Of a stretch of 64,000 bases of DNA, positions 63,786 to 64,000 are shown in pieces. The stretch lies in assembly GCA_000708835.1 (NCBI GenBank), contig DF237309.1:12862-76861 (forward strand), read 5' to 3'. Positions within the stretch are counted from its first letter, which is position 1. Each line of letters starts with the position of its first letter. The stretch is from Klebsormidium nitens. Lineage: Eukaryota > Plantae > Klebsormidiophyceae. Both the position numbers and the translations under genes were made by a program. The notes beneath the pieces were generated by a model that ran no database searches, was not told the DNA's origin, and saw only the letters and a list, made by a program, of their open reading frames with translations.

Positions 63786-64000
63786 ATGGCCCCCAAGCGC
63801 CGCGCTGACGAGGCAGCTGGCAGCGAACGCCAGCCTTCACATCAGAAGAAGGCTGCCGGCTCCAGCAAGCCCCGCAAGGAAACCCCAAAGGCAGAGGGCG
63901 GGAAGGCTGCTGACGTCAAGCCCTCCCGCCCGCAGCCGGAATCTGATTACCCCCGCCCCCTGAGGCCCTCTTTTCGGACGCTCGCATCGACCTAGCTGCT
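63786..64000 (+). CDS. Possible first exon of a downstream gene (Lys/Ala-rich, NLS-like MAPKRR)
   Basis: GC-rich, coding-like ATG-started ORF at the window edge. It ends at TAG 63995 with no clear donor, so the product cannot be assigned. Confidence 0.3.

Noticed and set aside
63786-63995. N-terminus of an HhH-GPD glycosylase (YPRPLRP motif)
   Set aside because: The similarity covers only a few residues and the frame stops, so it is unsupported.

Overview
Eukaryotic, intron-rich nuclear DNA with GC-rich exons and GT-AG introns. The genes have land-plant-type homologues, which is most consistent with a streptophyte alga such as Klebsormidium (inference). The first 45 kb holds seven genes: a malectin-domain membrane protein (runs off the left edge), ribosomal protein L23a, a WW-repeat/MYND protein, a sphingomyelin-synthase-like (PAP2_C) protein, a BRCT/PHD protein, an MS1/MMD1-family PHD protein and organellar leucyl-tRNA synthetase. 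The last 19 kb is an accessory, repeat-rich, gap-ridden region. It contains a TIR-bounded element with a filamin-repeat fragment and a SUVR-like gene (WIYLD + pre-SET) that has no SET domain. It also contains a tandem 2.12 kb cassette encoding an intact, highly divergent histone H3 with natural K27M and K36I (plus K9S, K14A) substitutions, a tandem and inverted cluster of an unrecognised family of small intronless basic proteins sharing a 3' hairpin, and an H3 pseudogene that has also lost K27 and K36. Exon boundaries were read by hand and no database searches were run.
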